DNA of 64,000 nucleotides. It comes from Heterodontus francisci. Lineage: Eukaryota. The position numbers and the translations under genes are program-made. A model generated the notes under the pieces. The model did not search any database, had not been told where the DNA came from, and saw only the letters and a list, made by a program, of their open reading frames with translations. Location: positions 37,106,201 to 37,170,200 of the forward strand of contig NC_090377.1 of NCBI RefSeq assembly GCF_036365525.1, read 5' to 3'. This document shows, in pieces, positions 12,516-26,633 of the stretch; within the stretch, counting starts at the first letter, position 1, and each line of letters starts with the position of its first letter.

Positions 12516-14808
12516 AAATATGATTATCTTTAATATGTTCTTTGACTACTATACAAATAGTTTGACTTCACAAAAAAGTGGATCCTGAATGTCTGTTTGT
12601 CATTAATTTATTGCCTTTAGTGGCAGCAGTGTAGGAGGCCACATATGTTGCATACATTAAGTTGTCCTATTTTGGTCATTAGAACAGATTGTTTGAATGC
12701 TTTCAACCAGTATCTAGTTGGATTTCTGCAGTGGATTGGAATATTCAACATTACTGATTTAATTTTAAAAATGTGTAGTCATTGCCAGAAAATCAACTCA
12801 ATCCAATACACTGAACATTTGGGCCTAGATAAGAAGGCTTTTGATTGTATGAAGTCAAGCACATTTCTATTTTATAAATACCCCAATAGAAATCCTTTTA
12901 CCATTTTTCGTTAACCGAGTCTGAGCTCTGTGCAAACCGTTAAGAAGCATTTAGTAATGGCACCTTTAATATTTTGTCACCAAGCTTGTCACAAGCAGAA
13001 TTTTCCATGTGTTGGCCTCTGACTTATTTATAATAAGAATAACATATTCGGAAACACTCAGTATTACAGAGAAGAATGAGCATCTCATTGTCTTTCTGTA
13101 AACAGTATTTGAGTACTAATGAGCAACACACAAGTCCCCCCCCAAGATTAATTAACAACTACAAGGTCTCTGGATAGCAGATAAAATGGAACGCTGGGGC
13201 CATGCATTTCTCTCAAGTAGATGATTCCATGTAGAAATGAGAGTTTGTTCTTTTAGGTAGACCCCAATGGGCTCCATTGATATAAGATTAGCCTACTTTT
13301 AGCAGCCGATAAAAGAAGAGTGAATAAATATTTACAGCTTTTTAAAGAGAGTAATAAAATGCATTTCAATTATTGTTATGTGATTAGAGGGAGCTTAATA
13401 AAATGAAGATTTCAGTTTTTAATTTTTCAATGGCTGTGACAAACCTGGAGATAATTTTGTAATAATAGGAACATAGGATCAATAATATAAACAGAACTAG
13501 ATGATTAGCATAAATAATTAAGAAGGAATTAGAGGTCAATTTTAAAATGTTCAGGGCCTAGAAATTCATTGAAGATGCATCCATTTTACAAGCATAAAAT
13601 GGAGACCTAAGCAACCAATATGGCACGCAGCATGCATACGTATATTTAGTGGCAGAGGTACTCCACATACCATATTGGTAAAGACTGAAATATAAATGAC
13701 CAAGGCTTGTGCCTGGAACAGTTGCATATGCCAAGAGGGGGCTTAATGCCTGTTTCAGGGCCCCATTCCTGAAACTAAGCCTTAGGCTGGGTAGGTTCAG
13801 GATAATAAAGTCTGCTCATTGCCTAATTATGTGGCCCTTAAAAGGAGAGCTGGAGGCCACCAACAAGTAACACTGCTGCCAGTGACCTAACCATCGTTCA
13901 TAGTTCGCCTATCTAATTTAAGTGAGACCTGGGGCCCTATATCGAATATACCTTGGGCCTATCTGTTTTCAGTGCAGGGATTTTCACAGAAACAGCCTAT
14001 CGGCCCAACAGATCTATGCTGGTGCTCGTGCTCCACATATCCTATTTCTTTCTCTTCATGTGCTTTTCTAGCTTCCCCTTAACTGCATTTATGTTATTCA
14101 CCTCAACTATTCCTTGTGGTGGTGAGTTCCAGATTCTAAACATTCTCTGAGTAAACCTAATGTTTATCCTTTAAAAAAATGTATTCAAATCTTTTCCTTG
14201 CATTGTTGATTTTTTCTCCGGGCCCCTGTCTGTATTGGCGGTGTGAGCATGTTTAGAATAATTGAGTTTTAAATGCATGAAAAACAACTTAAATACTTAA
14301 TGTTCACTCTTCAGCCAGTTGAAAGAACAAATTATTGTTATCATTGAAGCCTAAAGCTTCTCACAGTAAAAATACATTGGTAATTTCATTTTCATTATTT
14401 CTGTTGGTTCATCATACAACGATGCATTCTTCTTGACTGCTTTCAAGTACCTGTCTGTATTTTTGATATGTTAAGAAAATGTGTACCAGTTTCATGGGTA
14501 TAAGTTATTCTTATTATGGTGGGTCAATGGAATTGTGCTTCATGGAGACACAGTGACTGTGTCCTCCCTAAGTTTAATGATGCCTTAGCGAAAAAGTGCC
14601 AACTCCTCACAGTCTTTTAGTTAGGAGGCCACTAGTTTCTCCAATTGACCACCCTCATGAGCAAATAGTGGTAATTTCAAATCACTTATGATTATATATC
14701 TGATGCCTGGCAGTCTAGAGGAACAAATAGTCCATCTGGATTCCCCTACTTCCAGAGGAGGGTGTTCTGCTTCTGTTTTAGCTTTGCTATTCATACATTG
14801 GATTCACT

Positions 14809-15000
14809 GGGGACAATTCTAACCCAAACTGCCTATTGGGAAACTGACAAAATCAGTTGCAGCATGGTTTAACCCCCTTCCCCTCCCCACCCCCAGCCGC
14901 TTTTACCCTCTACTGAAGAATAATATTGGACGTGATGTAAAACCAGCATTCCACCTGATCCCATGGGCTTCCCATCTGGCGAGTTTAGATAAAAACACCC
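14809..15000. mobile_element. Short degenerate palindromic MITE
   Basis: Ends ggggacaattctaacccaaact / agtttagataaaaacaccc are imperfect inverted repeats with further internal inverted similarity. Confidence 0.4.
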
Positions 15001-16279
15001 ACAAAAAATACAAATTTCAGTTCTAAAGTCTCAGTTCTCATTCATAATCAGAAGATTTATCTTAAAAGGAATTATTACAACTAATGTCTCATCATCTGTT
15101 AACAGATAATGATTCATCTTTTCTGTAGGTCCAATTTGTGGAAATCACTGTTTGAATGTAAATGATCATTTAATTTTTAAAGATGGCTTAATGAGAGATT
15201 GAAGCTACAGGTTGTTTGATTTTTTTTTGTAGCTCTGCTGTTCCTTTCCTGATTTGTCCAGATAAACCTGATTTGCTTACTAGAACTTGTGCATTTACCA
15301 CAAAAGATTATCCAATCCTGGCTGCAGAAAGATTGGCAGCAACTTTCAACAGTGGACCACCCGTTTCTAGTCTGAAAAACAGACAGCCTGCAACTGAAAA
15401 TCCCATCGATCATCTGATCTGTTTTTTTTTTGACTGGCCTGTAAATGGTGTGAATGAGTGGAAGGATGCTTAAATACATCAATTAGGGTCCTATGCTGCT
15501 TGTGGGACACCCATTCTAATTTTAAGGTGCAGATGTCGAAGTGTGCACCACCTACTCTCTGCCAATTTGTGCCAGGCATTCAGTGGACCAGTCAGCAGTC
15601 CTTTAAAGATACTGCTCTTAGCCATTCACAGAACAGCCCAGGAAACTAGGAATTATTTTTGGGATGGTTAGCAGTGCAAAAAAACTCCTGTCCGATCAAG
15701 CCCCCATCCCCATCCTGGGGAATGCCCACCCATCAACCCAACCTGCCAGCCAGCTCTTTGGGGAGTCAGCTAATTATCTAGCCTCCAGCAACTGAAAAAC
15801 AGCTTATTTTCTTGCTGGAAAGAGCAGGATGCGGGTAGTGGGGGGAGGGAGAGGGGCACCATTGCTGCTGAGCTGACCTGGTGCCGGTTTTGGACACAAG
15901 ATCACCCCTTAGTCTCCATACTAACCTCCCTTTCTCAAATTCCTTTTCATGGGATTTATTTAATAGGATTCCATTTAGGTGAGAATGGATATATAACTAC
16001 AATGAATAAAATTTTTAAAATGCAGTACAAAATCAATATGGTATCCGTAGTCATACCTGCATTTGCCGAATTAATGCTAACAGAAAAATGGAACATAATG
16101 CACGCAGCAAGAGAAGGTCAATAAGCCTGATTGTTCTGTGAAACCTCTCAAATCTATCCATTTATTTAACATCCAGAGAGAAAGCTGTCCATAAATACTT
16201 CTCATTCCCTAAAAATGATTAAACAAAACATCGGGCCATCGATCCATCTGAAAATCTGTTCAACACTGGTGAGCTACTC

Positions 16280-16615
16280 TCCACACCTTCGAAGGTCCGC
16301 TTCCAACCAGCTTCCACAGCATAACACCTCCCCCTGTCAATCAAGATCAATGGAAAAATGCAGAAAAATATGGACCCTTTTCCATATCTTGAGAGCCTCT
16401 TCTCAGCGAAGGCAGACGTAGAGGATGAGATTCATCATTGTCTCAAATGTGCTAGCACAGTCTTCGGTCAACTGAGGAAGACAGTATTTGAGGATCAGGA
16501 TCTCAAACCCAAGACTAAGATCATGGTTTGCCAGGCAGCAGTGATCTATAAGCTTCTGTATGCTTTGGAGACTTGGACAACCTACAGAAGGGACCTCAAA
16601 GCACTGGAGATCCCA
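16280..16615 (+). mobile_element. RTE-clade (BovB-like) LINE RT C-terminal fragment
   Basis: FPYLESLFSAKADVEDEIHHCLKCASTVFGQLRKTVF...KTKIMVCQAAVIYKLLYALETWTTYRR matches the RTE consensus FxYLGS...DxEIxxRIxKASxAFGRL...TKxxVYxAxVLxxLLYGxETW. Confidence 0.8.
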
Positions 16616-17467
16616 AGGGGCTGCCTAAGAGGAAGACTGTCCACACCCAGCACAGTCGTACTGAAACATTTACTGCCTGACCAAGTGGTGGAGGATTTGT
16701 ATTTGATCCCTAGTAGTTTAGAGAACTCCACTTTCATAATCATTTGAAAACAGATGGTAATATAGATTTGGACTTCTCCACCATCGAGTTGTCCAAATGC
16801 ATATCTTTAATTGTCTTATGAACATAAAGTTGTTCTTTTACATATTTTGTGAGCATGTTAAAAATAAAATTGTCAGAATAAATCCTTAAAATCATTGGTT
16901 GACTTGTAGCTGAAAATTGATTTATACTGTTATGTTCCTGTCAGAAGGTTGAAACTGATCAACTAGAAATATATTTTCTTTTTCCACTTTTAACTTGGAA
17001 TCACTTACTAGAAATTTCAACTTTTTGAAAAGAAAATGCTACTAAGCTGTAAAATAATGAGAATGTGCATGTGGTAAATTCCAAGTGTCTTTTCAAATAA
17101 TTATACTCTTCTAGTACGGTATTCATGAACTGAATTTAGTTTGCTTAAATCTGGAATTCACAGTATGAAACATATGAATTTGCAGCAAAGATGAGCAGGC
17201 AAATAGCAGCTGGCCCATCATGCCTGCCCAATAATCATGGTAGCTATAGCATCATGACAAGACATGACAACCCTCCCACACAGCCGTCATCTCCTGGGAG
17301 AAGTAAAGAAATCCGAATAACAGGGAGAATAAAATTCTGGAGAATTGTTTTCTGACCAGGAGATCAGATTAACCATTTGTACGTAAACTGTTAATGCACT
17401 TAACTTCCATATGATGCAATCCCTCCCCAGCCAGTACCAGCCCAGTTCTCTCTTGATATTATACAGG

Positions 17468-18055
17468 GGGCTGAATTTTCATTTGTGAATCCCGATCCTG
17501 CTGTCAGGAGGAAATGCAAGTCCGAACCCACACGTGCTGGTGTCTGGACCGCCCAATAGGAGGTCCTCCAGCACTGACACATCAGCAGCCCCTCAAAATG
17601 GAGGTGCCCTCTGAAGTCTTTTTAAGAACTTCATAAACAAGAAGTGGCCACAGCTGCGTGACTGCCATTGTGTAGGGGGAACCCATCCACAGTGCAGTCT
17701 GTGGCCACAGTTGCATCCATCTTGGTATGTCAGCTGCCAGGAGGGGGATTTAAAATGATTGTGGAGCGTTGGTCCCCTAGTTTGCTGCTTGGAGGCTGCC
17801 GCCATTCCTTGGTTGGGTGTTGGCTGCTGTGGGGCTCCTGCTGGCCAACTGGGAAATTCTGGTCAGCCTCAGAACATTGGTCCTTTAATTGTCCTAAGAG
17901 GCTACCTGCCATTTGCAGGCAGGTGGCCAAGCCCCCATCAACAGGCTCTTCAAAAATAGCCAGCAAACCTGGACACCAGCTGGTGATGGGAAATTGCAGG
18001 TCCGTCTGCCTCCAGTCTTGCGTCTTGCCTCCGTACCCATTTAAAAATTTGGCAC
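17468..18055. mobile_element. Harbinger-type MITE (decayed)
   Basis: Starts GGGCTGAATTTT (same terminus as the Harbinger at 2547-6767), ends AAAAATTTGGCAC; GC-rich non-coding interior; flanks AGG/AGA. Confidence 0.55.
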
Positions 18056-19635
18056 AGAGAGTCAGCACTTGCCACAAAATGTTTCTTGAAATAGATTAAA
18101 AATCCACATTTATAATTGTTTATTTGGCCTTTTGAAGAGGATTTATGTATAATTGTATGAGTCATGTACAAATCTGGGAGAAATCAAACATTTAGTAAAA
18201 TATTAGTTATACATACATATATGAAGTGCAGCAACTTGTTCTGGAGTCATACTTTCAGTAACCTTGATCAGATGAATGAAAGGAAGACTATTTAATTGTT
18301 GCTAAAAACATAGTATTGTAAGATATTGCGAAGAATGCGACTGTAGAAATGAATGACTTTAAATCACTGATGGATATTAATAGAATGTTGATTACACGTC
18401 TTATTTAAGAAGCAGTTATCTCTAAGACACATTAAATTAATGTAGAAAATGGTTTCTATTTTTAAACTAATACATGCTTCCTAGATTTTATTTAAGTGAA
18501 ACCTACTGTTCCTGTCTGTTAGCTTTTAGTGGGTTCAAGCGCTTCTTGCATATTTAGAGCCAGAAACAAAGACCATCATTTTATTGACATGTTGTTTCAA
18601 GACTCTGAATAATTTTATGCTTTTGGATAATTAACACTTAGAACTTTTAATGTCAAGAGACAAATTGGCTATTATGGTGAATGTACTTGGCATTTTTAAC
18701 ATCCATTCCTTGATTAATTGCAATCATAATGCTTCAGGAATAGCCCTGCTTTTTAATGTCCAAGATTATTTGAAAAAAGGAGTGATGTGCACCGCTTCAA
18801 TATTTATTTATTTTTTGATAATTATATGTTATATATGATGTATATAGTTAAAAGCTGGAATATGCTGTTTGCTTAAATAAATTTTGTACATTTGAGCATG
18901 GGCACCATTTGTACCTACAATATATAACCTGGGTACACAACAGTTCATGCTATATGGTTTAAACAGTTTATGTTTATGTTTATACCTTTTTTCACTGAAA
19001 ATTGGCTCTATATTTTACTGTAAATCTCCGAGCACACATTTTCACTAGTTTTTCAAGACACATGGACAACTGTATATGTGTAGGGCAAGATATCTCATCA
19101 ACTGTGCAACACAGGTCAAATCATTAGGCACAGCACCTGAAGCCCGAAAATTTAACTACAGACTTCAACTCACTGGTTTATATTAGATAATATAAAAGAA
19201 TGTTATTAATTCTCATCATGCTACAAGTGAGTTGTATTTTCCAGGAGATGTCAAATTCCCTTGAAAATCATTGCCCGTAGAAGGAGTGGGCCATGGCTAT
19301 GTTGGTTTAATAATAGGATAATTCATACTATAGTACCTTTGTCAAATTTAACAGATAAAACCACACTAATTGTTGAATGTTATTGTCCATGACCAGCCTG
19401 CTCAATTTTTATGCTTATAGCACTTTGACTTTTTAAAAAAAACAAAACCCAGCTTTTGGAGTTAGTTTTTTTTCCCAAAATATTTCTACCTCCCAAAATG
19501 GTTTGGGTGGGAGAAAGAGGGGACCAGATAATGTCATCCAAAGCAGACTAATTTGCAAAGGATGAATGACCTTTTGTTAAATCTATATTCTTTTGCTATG
19601 CTCAGCTTAGTCTGGTTTGATCCCAGAATGCCTGG

Positions 19636-20705
19636 TGTCAAGAAAACATGCTATACTAAATGAAGATTTTAAATTCATTGGTTGGAAACCTACAATAAAC
19701 TTTTAAAAAGGAGCTGAGATCCTACAGTTAACTTTAAAAAAAAAACTGGCAGCCAAGATGGCCACCACAATTTGCATTGAAATACCTCACATTCCAGGAC
19801 ATCGAATCGGAGATGCATGTCCAATGAGATTGCATCCAGGACAATGCCTCATGAATTTGGAAACAGCTAACAGCTTTGCTTCTATTGGCAAAACATTCAA
19901 AGCCATCTTGGAACATTAACAGTGGAGTGAAACCTCCAGGGGGTGAGCATTGAAACAATGAGGCTCAAGAGAGAGATTGAAAATACCTAGACTCGAATCT
20001 ACTTAACTTGCAAAAGAGGACACTGGATAATCATGTGACTGCCCCCCCCCCCCCCCCCCCCCGCCCCCACCACCAATCTGTGGAAAACTAACAGTCTTTT
20101 ACTAAAGGACAAGCTCCTGCAATTTTGAAGCAGACAAGCTTTGGGTGCTGACCAGACCAAATCTCAGTGGGGCTGTGTGTGTGTCTCTCTCTCCAGAAAA
20201 CATCACAAGTTTAAAACCTGTCTGCGACTGTGGAATCCCCAAGTCTACCATTGCTACAGACAGAAACCCCAGGGAGGAAAGCCACCTACAACTCTGTCTC
20301 CAAGAAAAACTTAAACCAGGTGGGCCAGCCACAAACTGAATTTCAACTAGCCAAAGACTTCAAGATCACAACTTTAGCCAGAAGACTATGGAATTACCTG
20401 ACCCCACAGACTGTATTTTTTAAAACTTTTTCTGGACTCTCATCCAAACCAAACTATTTCTTATCACTCTATACTCTATTTGTGTATGTGATTCTTGTGT
20501 GAGCATAGGTGTAGTGTAGTTTTATTATTTTATTTAGATCTGGTTAAGCTTTTTTTAAATTACAATAAACTCACCTCTTTCTTGTAAACACTCATTGAAG
20601 TGGTAAGCACATTCACTGTTTCAAAAAGGAATAAACCCTGTTGAGGTCAAACAAGGAGAAGGAGAAGAGAGGAGCCTTGTGACCTTTCCTCACCTGATCG
20701 TAACA
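19636..20705 (+). mobile_element. Solo LTR (Gypsy/Gmr1-related)
   Basis: TGTCAAG...CGTAACA termini (TG...CA), 4-bp TSD CTGG at 19632-19635 and 20706-20709, AATAAA at 20564; 3' end ctcacctgatcgtaaca resembles the LTR end ctcacctggtcataaca of the element at 46083-53279. Confidence 0.8.
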
Positions 20706-20894
20706 CTGGGGAAATATCTTTTTCCAAAAGAATCATGACTGTGTGCCCATATTTGTACAGTTATGCATTAATTGAGCTCCAACTTTGAGCTACCTCAGTA
20801 AATGACAGCTCTGTGGATGGATGTTGCAAAACAAATTCCGCATGAGCAGTCAATTTCAGATTGATTTTCATAGTTTAAATCTAGTAGTATTACA

Positions 20895-21440
20895 TAGAAT
20901 TACATAGAATATAGAGCACAGAAACAGGCCTTCAGCCCAGCCAGTCCAGTGCTGGCATTCATGCTTGACTTGAGTCTCCTCCCATCTTTCTATTTCTAGC
21001 TCTATCAGCATAAGCCTCCATTCCTATCTCCCTTGTATCCTTATCCAGCATCTTCTTAAATGCTTCTATGCAATTGAACATCCATTCCCTGTGGTAGCAA
21101 GTTCCACATTCTCACTAATCTCTGGGTGAAGAAGATTCTTCTGAATTCCCTATTTTGTGGTGACTATCTTATATTAATGGCCTCTAGTTTTTCTCTTCCC
21201 CTCAAGTGGAAGCACTCTCTTTGTGTCTATTTTATCAAAACCTTCCGTAGTTTTAAAGACCTTAATTAGGTCACCTCTCTACTTTCTCTTTTCAAGAAAA
21301 AAGAGACCCAGTCAGTTCATCCTTTCCTGAACTGTATAACTTCACATTTCTGGTACATCCTTGTAAATCATTTTTGCACCCTTTTCAGTGCCTTGCAATC
21401 CTTTTTATAAAATACAACCAGAATTGTACAGAGTTGAGTG
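20895..21440 (-). mobile_element. CR1 3' fragment
   Basis: (catagaat)n tail, acagaaacaggcc..cagccc 3'UTR and decayed ORF2 C-terminus on reverse strand. Confidence 0.7.
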
Positions 21441-22907
21441 GAATTGTACACAGTAGTAAATGGGAAAGGCTAGGCATGTCATAGTGAAAAACTGCAACAG
21501 GAGAGGACAGTAACACTCTGACCCTAATAAGTCTAACAAGGTAGCTTGGGGAGGCAACATTTTATAAATTGGGAGCATGCACCATCATAACCACATTTGT
21601 CATGCGGAACGGAAAATGATAATCACTTGGGTTTTTGGCAGTGGGGGGAAGTCTCCAGCTTAACTATGCCTATTCTCTATAAGATCAATAGCTTTCAAGG
21701 GTCTCTGATCGATCAGCAATGTGTAATTATTCATTATAGTTGAAGACCATCTAATTTTGTGAGAACAGAATTGATACATTGAAAGTACATTGAGGACAGG
21801 GAGCTTTAGGGAACAGCATGATCAATCTGCTGTAATGGATATTTAAGTGAATTGGCATCAGCTTGTTCAGTCCCCTTCCAAGCATTCATTGTGTAAACTG
21901 CCTTTTTGAATTTGAGCTGTTCACACAGGGTTACAACACCTAGCAGCTAGCATAATTAACTCATTAATTTCAGAACTGCATCATTCCTGTACACATCTTT
22001 CTTATTCATGTAAACTATTCATTATTTTGCTTATCTGATGGCAGCACTGCAATGGTTAACTTTCTCATACTGTTTTAAATGTAGAAATAGGCCAGGGTGA
22101 GAAGTTTGTCACAGTTGACATTATTTCCTCTCCGGTTATGGCAGGTGCATATCATGCATATTAATACTCAGAACTTAACTTTGTAGATTTCCTAGATCTC
22201 CCATCTTGCAGCTGTATTCCCTAGTCTAGAAGGCTCGTAACACAACATTGACTTCCTTTACAATATTTTGTCATGCCTGATGAACCACACTTCGCTATGT
22301 CTTATAAATGATGTTGCCATGTTCCCTTACTTCCTGAATCACAACCTTAAGTGCTTGGTCATTAAGGCAGCACTTTCTTCTGCCTTATTGCTTCAAAAAA
22401 GTTGCCCCGAAGTTTAACATGCAGTATTTCAATGTCTTAAGTGGCTGCTTTGTACTTACATCAAATACTGGACAGGATTATTGCAACTAATGTTTCTTTA
22501 GGACTCCTGCTGTGTGATTGGTGTAGTGCATATAAACTCACTAATTAGAGAGTAAAACTGTGAGTTCAGGAGTGCACTTTGTAGCATATGGGACTGCATA
22601 GTTAACTATTGATGTTTCATTTTTAGGCTGTGGTGTGTGATATTTTACTGTGCTTTCTGCAAGATACTATGAAATCTGAATGTAATCTCATTATTTGTGG
22701 TAATCAGTCACTTATAAAAATAAAAATCTACTTTCCATACTTCTGTCCATTTGGGATGTAACTACATGTTGATGCAACCATTATAAGCATGACTATAGAT
22801 TATAGCCTCGGTAGCAGATGTACTGCATCTTTAGTCATTGAAAACATCAAACACAGTTCTGTGTTATGGTCTTTTTATAAAAATAGATTTTTGTTCTCCT
22901 CCACTAG

Positions 22908-23045
22908 GTACTGGTCACCTAGAATTTACATGTCCTGTGAATCATTTTGACTGCATTGGGACAAGACGATGTATTCACATGAGCAAACTCTGCAATGGCA
23001 GAAATGACTGTCTGGATGGACTTGATGAAGGATCTCATTGTCGAG
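22908..23045 (+). CDS. LRP1B: Internal exon encoding an LDL-receptor class A repeat; most like exon 3 (second complement-type repeat) of LRP1B
   Basis: Polypyrimidine acceptor ttttgttctcctccactag|, donor GAG|gtaaag; 138 bp, phase 1-1; translation (C)[45 protein letters not shown](E) has six Cys and DxxDE; resembles recalled LRP1B [39 protein letters not shown] more than LRP1; >22 kb and >40 kb exon-free flanks fit LRP1B giant introns (LRP1 not excluded). Confidence 0.82.
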
Positions 23046-23699
23046 GTAAAGCTGCAATAAAATCCTGTTGCATCCTTTGAGACCTAATTTCGTACCTGAC
23101 TGATATAATCAAGCATGTTTAAACGAATGAATTTGTTACTGTGCATTTATTTTACTCAACCCTGTGAACTAAATGTGACAATTTGTCTTATATAAAGTCA
23201 TTTACAATTGAACTTATGAGCATTCTTGGATCTCTCACCAGCTGCTCTTCATATTTGCTTTTGCTAATGCAAATTTCTTCAACTGTAATAATAGGAAACA
23301 CAGGAAGACATTTTTGATGTCAGGGGACCAGTAGAATTTATTCTTCCTGTCCAGATACTGAAAAGGTTTAAGCCCCTGATTTAACCCTGCCTGGAACAGG
23401 ACTGGCAGGTGATATAAAAAAAAGTGGTAGAGCACTTACCGCTATTTTCCCAATGCACTCCCATTAGCCATGCTCTCCCAATGGTTTCAGCAAAGCTGGT
23501 GGAAGCCTGCTGATTTTCATGTTGGGACACTTAAGATGCTCAAGGCTAGTGACATTTAGCTGATTAAGTCTGTTCGGATCCAGGTGTAGGCTGTTATCCC
23601 TTGGCTGCTTCTGGGGCATTGTGCCCCAGCTGATTTACTGACATGTTGGAGGATATTGGTTGCAGGAGTGGTGAAGGAGCAGACATGCTGACATCCTGA

Positions 23700-23992
23700 G
23701 AGGGGAAACAAAGAGAGTGGTTTTAAGCCAGGCATGGAGGGGAGGAAAGAACAAACAGGAAGGTATGTAATAGGGTGGAAGGCAGGACAGATTAAATGAC
23801 AAAAGGGTTGATAGTGATGGCCCTGTCTGGCTTAAAAACTGTTACATCTCTAAACATTCACAGTTCTGACGAAGGGTCTCAGACCTGAAATGTTAACCCT
23901 GTTTCTCTCTCCACAGATGTTGCCAGACCCACTAAGTATTTCTAGAAAGTTCTGTTTTTATTTCAGATTTCCAGCATTCACCGTACTTTGCT
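23700..23992 (+). mobile_element. Penelope-like terminal-repeat remnant with hammerhead-like motif
   Basis: acagtt-CTGACGA-agggtctcagacct-GAAA-tgtt-aaccctgt at ~23860-23903, followed by tttctctctccacagatg...cagatttccagca shared with 27203-27418; short inverted segment gttttaagccag/ctggcttaaaaac upstream. Confidence 0.6.
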
Positions 23993-26633
23993 CATGTGTT
24001 TGCATATTACCTTTCATGTCCTCAGGATATCCCACCGAACTTCACAGTTAGTAAATTATTTTGGAAGTGTATATAGTGCATGGTTATATAGGTAAACATA
24101 GCAGTTAATTTTTCACACAACAAGCTCTCACAAACCACAATGAAATTAATGCCTAGTTAATTTTTTTGGTGGTGTGATTGAAGGAGAACTCACCTGCTTT
24201 TCTTTGAATAGTGCCATGGGGATAATTTTTATACTAGTGCAAATGATCACAGAAACTCGGTTCACACTAAGCATAAATTGTCTTTAAAATTCTGCAATCT
24301 TTTTCACTGATTTAGCCCATTTTGAGTGAATTGTGCTGAAATACCAGCACAACCCACGCTTCTCGCAATAAATTATCTGAACATAGACAAGGTTAGCCTT
24401 TTACAAGTCTTCTTGTAGAAGAGTGAAATTAGATTTACTGATAACAGCAATTGCATACAATGGAGCACACAGAATCAAAGAACATTTTGGAAGTAGAATA
24501 TAGTGAACTTTATAGTATATAATTTTATTCTTTTTGCTGTAACATCTTGACCTATTTGACAGGCTTTGCTTTACTGTGGATTTCCATTTTGTCATCTGTA
24601 AAATAAAAATACTTCTATGTTTTCTTTGGCTGTAATAACAGAAAACTGAGTAGCTTCAAGAGGTTGGTTTATGGGAAGTAATTAAATAGTTCCCTCAGAC
24701 TTGGAAGGTTGCTTTTCTTTGATTTATCTTTTTGTTGTTCTAAACTTTAAGAGTACTCTATGCAACTTTAAGGAAGAAAGTACAATAACCCTTTGAGGTT
24801 GCTCATGATCACATTCTTGTTATTCAGTTTGCTTCCCAATACTCTTTTTGTGCTGCTTACAAAAGTCAGCTTCCTATGAAGCTAATCTTGGCCTTATGCA
24901 TGAAATATATAGGATAACATAAATAGCATGGGATCCTGTCATATACTCTTGATCTCTCCAAATAAGCAGAAAAACACCACACTGATCAGCCATATAGCTA
25001 AGGATGAGCTACAATGCAAATTAATTGTCACAGGTTAAATGTAAGAATAATTCAGCAAGTAAAATTGACAGATGCAATACTCGACAGCAGCTTTTCCTAA
25101 ACAACAAAATACCAAAACCTAGCAGTTCTTTTCATTAACAGTAAGGTCAGAGTCCATGATAGTAAGCTTTACTTGAGAAGTGCTCCTCACAGAAGCTTTA
25201 CTAACTCCCAGCATGGGTAGTAACAGAGCAAATAGGAAATGGACAACAACAGCCTGGTTATATGTCTCTCCTTTGATGCCCAGGCTGGCTGAATGAAAGG
25301 TGGAAAAATATCTTTCACAACTAGTCAGAGCTGTCCTACTGCAGGAACCTGACCAAAAATAAAACAATTAAGCAGCTGCAAAGAATTTCAAGAAATGAAA
25401 TCACACCCAGACAAAATTTCACTTTAATGCATTCCGATCCCAAAAATTGACATTCATTCTACTTCGTCTGCAAGTGTTCAGGCCTAACACAAAGAGAAAA
25501 CTAAACATGGTTTCTTTTTAATATTTCATTGCCTTGACCAAGCTATAAGGTATATCAAAAAAAGAATTAAAATTGGACAGATGCGCATCTTCCTTCATAC
25601 AGTTGTGTAGAATGATCAGCTAGTAAATAACTTCTGAATGTATGGTTCAAGGTTTTCTAGTTGAAATTATAGTTTCAATTGAGATGAAACGCAAACATAT
25701 TTATTTTCTAAATGTCTTGCTATCACTGCCATTCTACTGAGCAATTTAGCAGAGAAATTATAAAACTCACCCATCAAGGTAAATGAGTTTAAGTGACTGG
25801 CAGACTAATAGTTACATGATCATTTGGCTTGGTGTCAAGTATTTAATTACTTGAACTACTGGACGGTGCTGTGTTTTATGTGTTAAAGGTAATGGAATAG
25901 TAAACATTCATGAAAGGTAAGTTACTGAACAATTAGTTTTAAAAAGTCCCTAAACAAGCTGAATAACTACAATAATTTTGGGTTCAGTGTGGTTTTATCT
26001 GGAGATTATCAGAGCTGAGCATTGTGCACTGTCGGTGTTCCAGTTAAATTGTTCTACTTTAAAGTTACATACACAAGAAATTCATTAGGTAACAAAATTA
26101 GACTTAATGTGGTACCCTTAAGGTAGTAGTTGTCCAAGACTATTGTACAGGGGCCCATAAACTATTGCCAGCCACAATAAACTGAATGTGGACCGTGCAC
26201 AAAGAAGCTAAAGTGCAATAAATCTGAAAAGAAAAAAAATATTCCAGTAACTGCTTCGCACTGATAGTATTTATGGCAGGTAATGGAAAGACCTGCTTTG
26301 ATGTAATCATTCATTTCTTTAATGTGCTGAGCCATCTGTACCTTGGGACATTGGAGGAATAGAAGGTGGTATCCTCACTTTCCAAATTTGGTCACCTGCC
26401 AAAATATTTATAGTCTGAGTAATGTAAACTAGTGAATCCTTCCATTATCCTGATTATACTTTCAGATCTACTGACTGTTACCATGTGCAAAATAAGCACT
26501 AGATTTCAGAACATTTTTACAGTATGGATTTCTAGGCTTTTTTGTTGCGGGAGGAATAGTCTGCTACAGTGAACTTTAAAATTTCAGTGGCATGTCATAA
26601 TCAGAACAGTGGCATGTCACAATCACAATCTTC

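Noticed and set aside
21830-22080. Homeobox-site-rich unique sequence that might be a conserved non-coding enhancer (similar stretch near 25100-25400)
   Set aside because: Conservation cannot be judged from a single sequence
22838-23080. 80-aa stand-alone ORF from the ORF track
   Set aside because: Only 22908-23045 is coding; flanking residues are intron read-through past clear acceptor and donor sites
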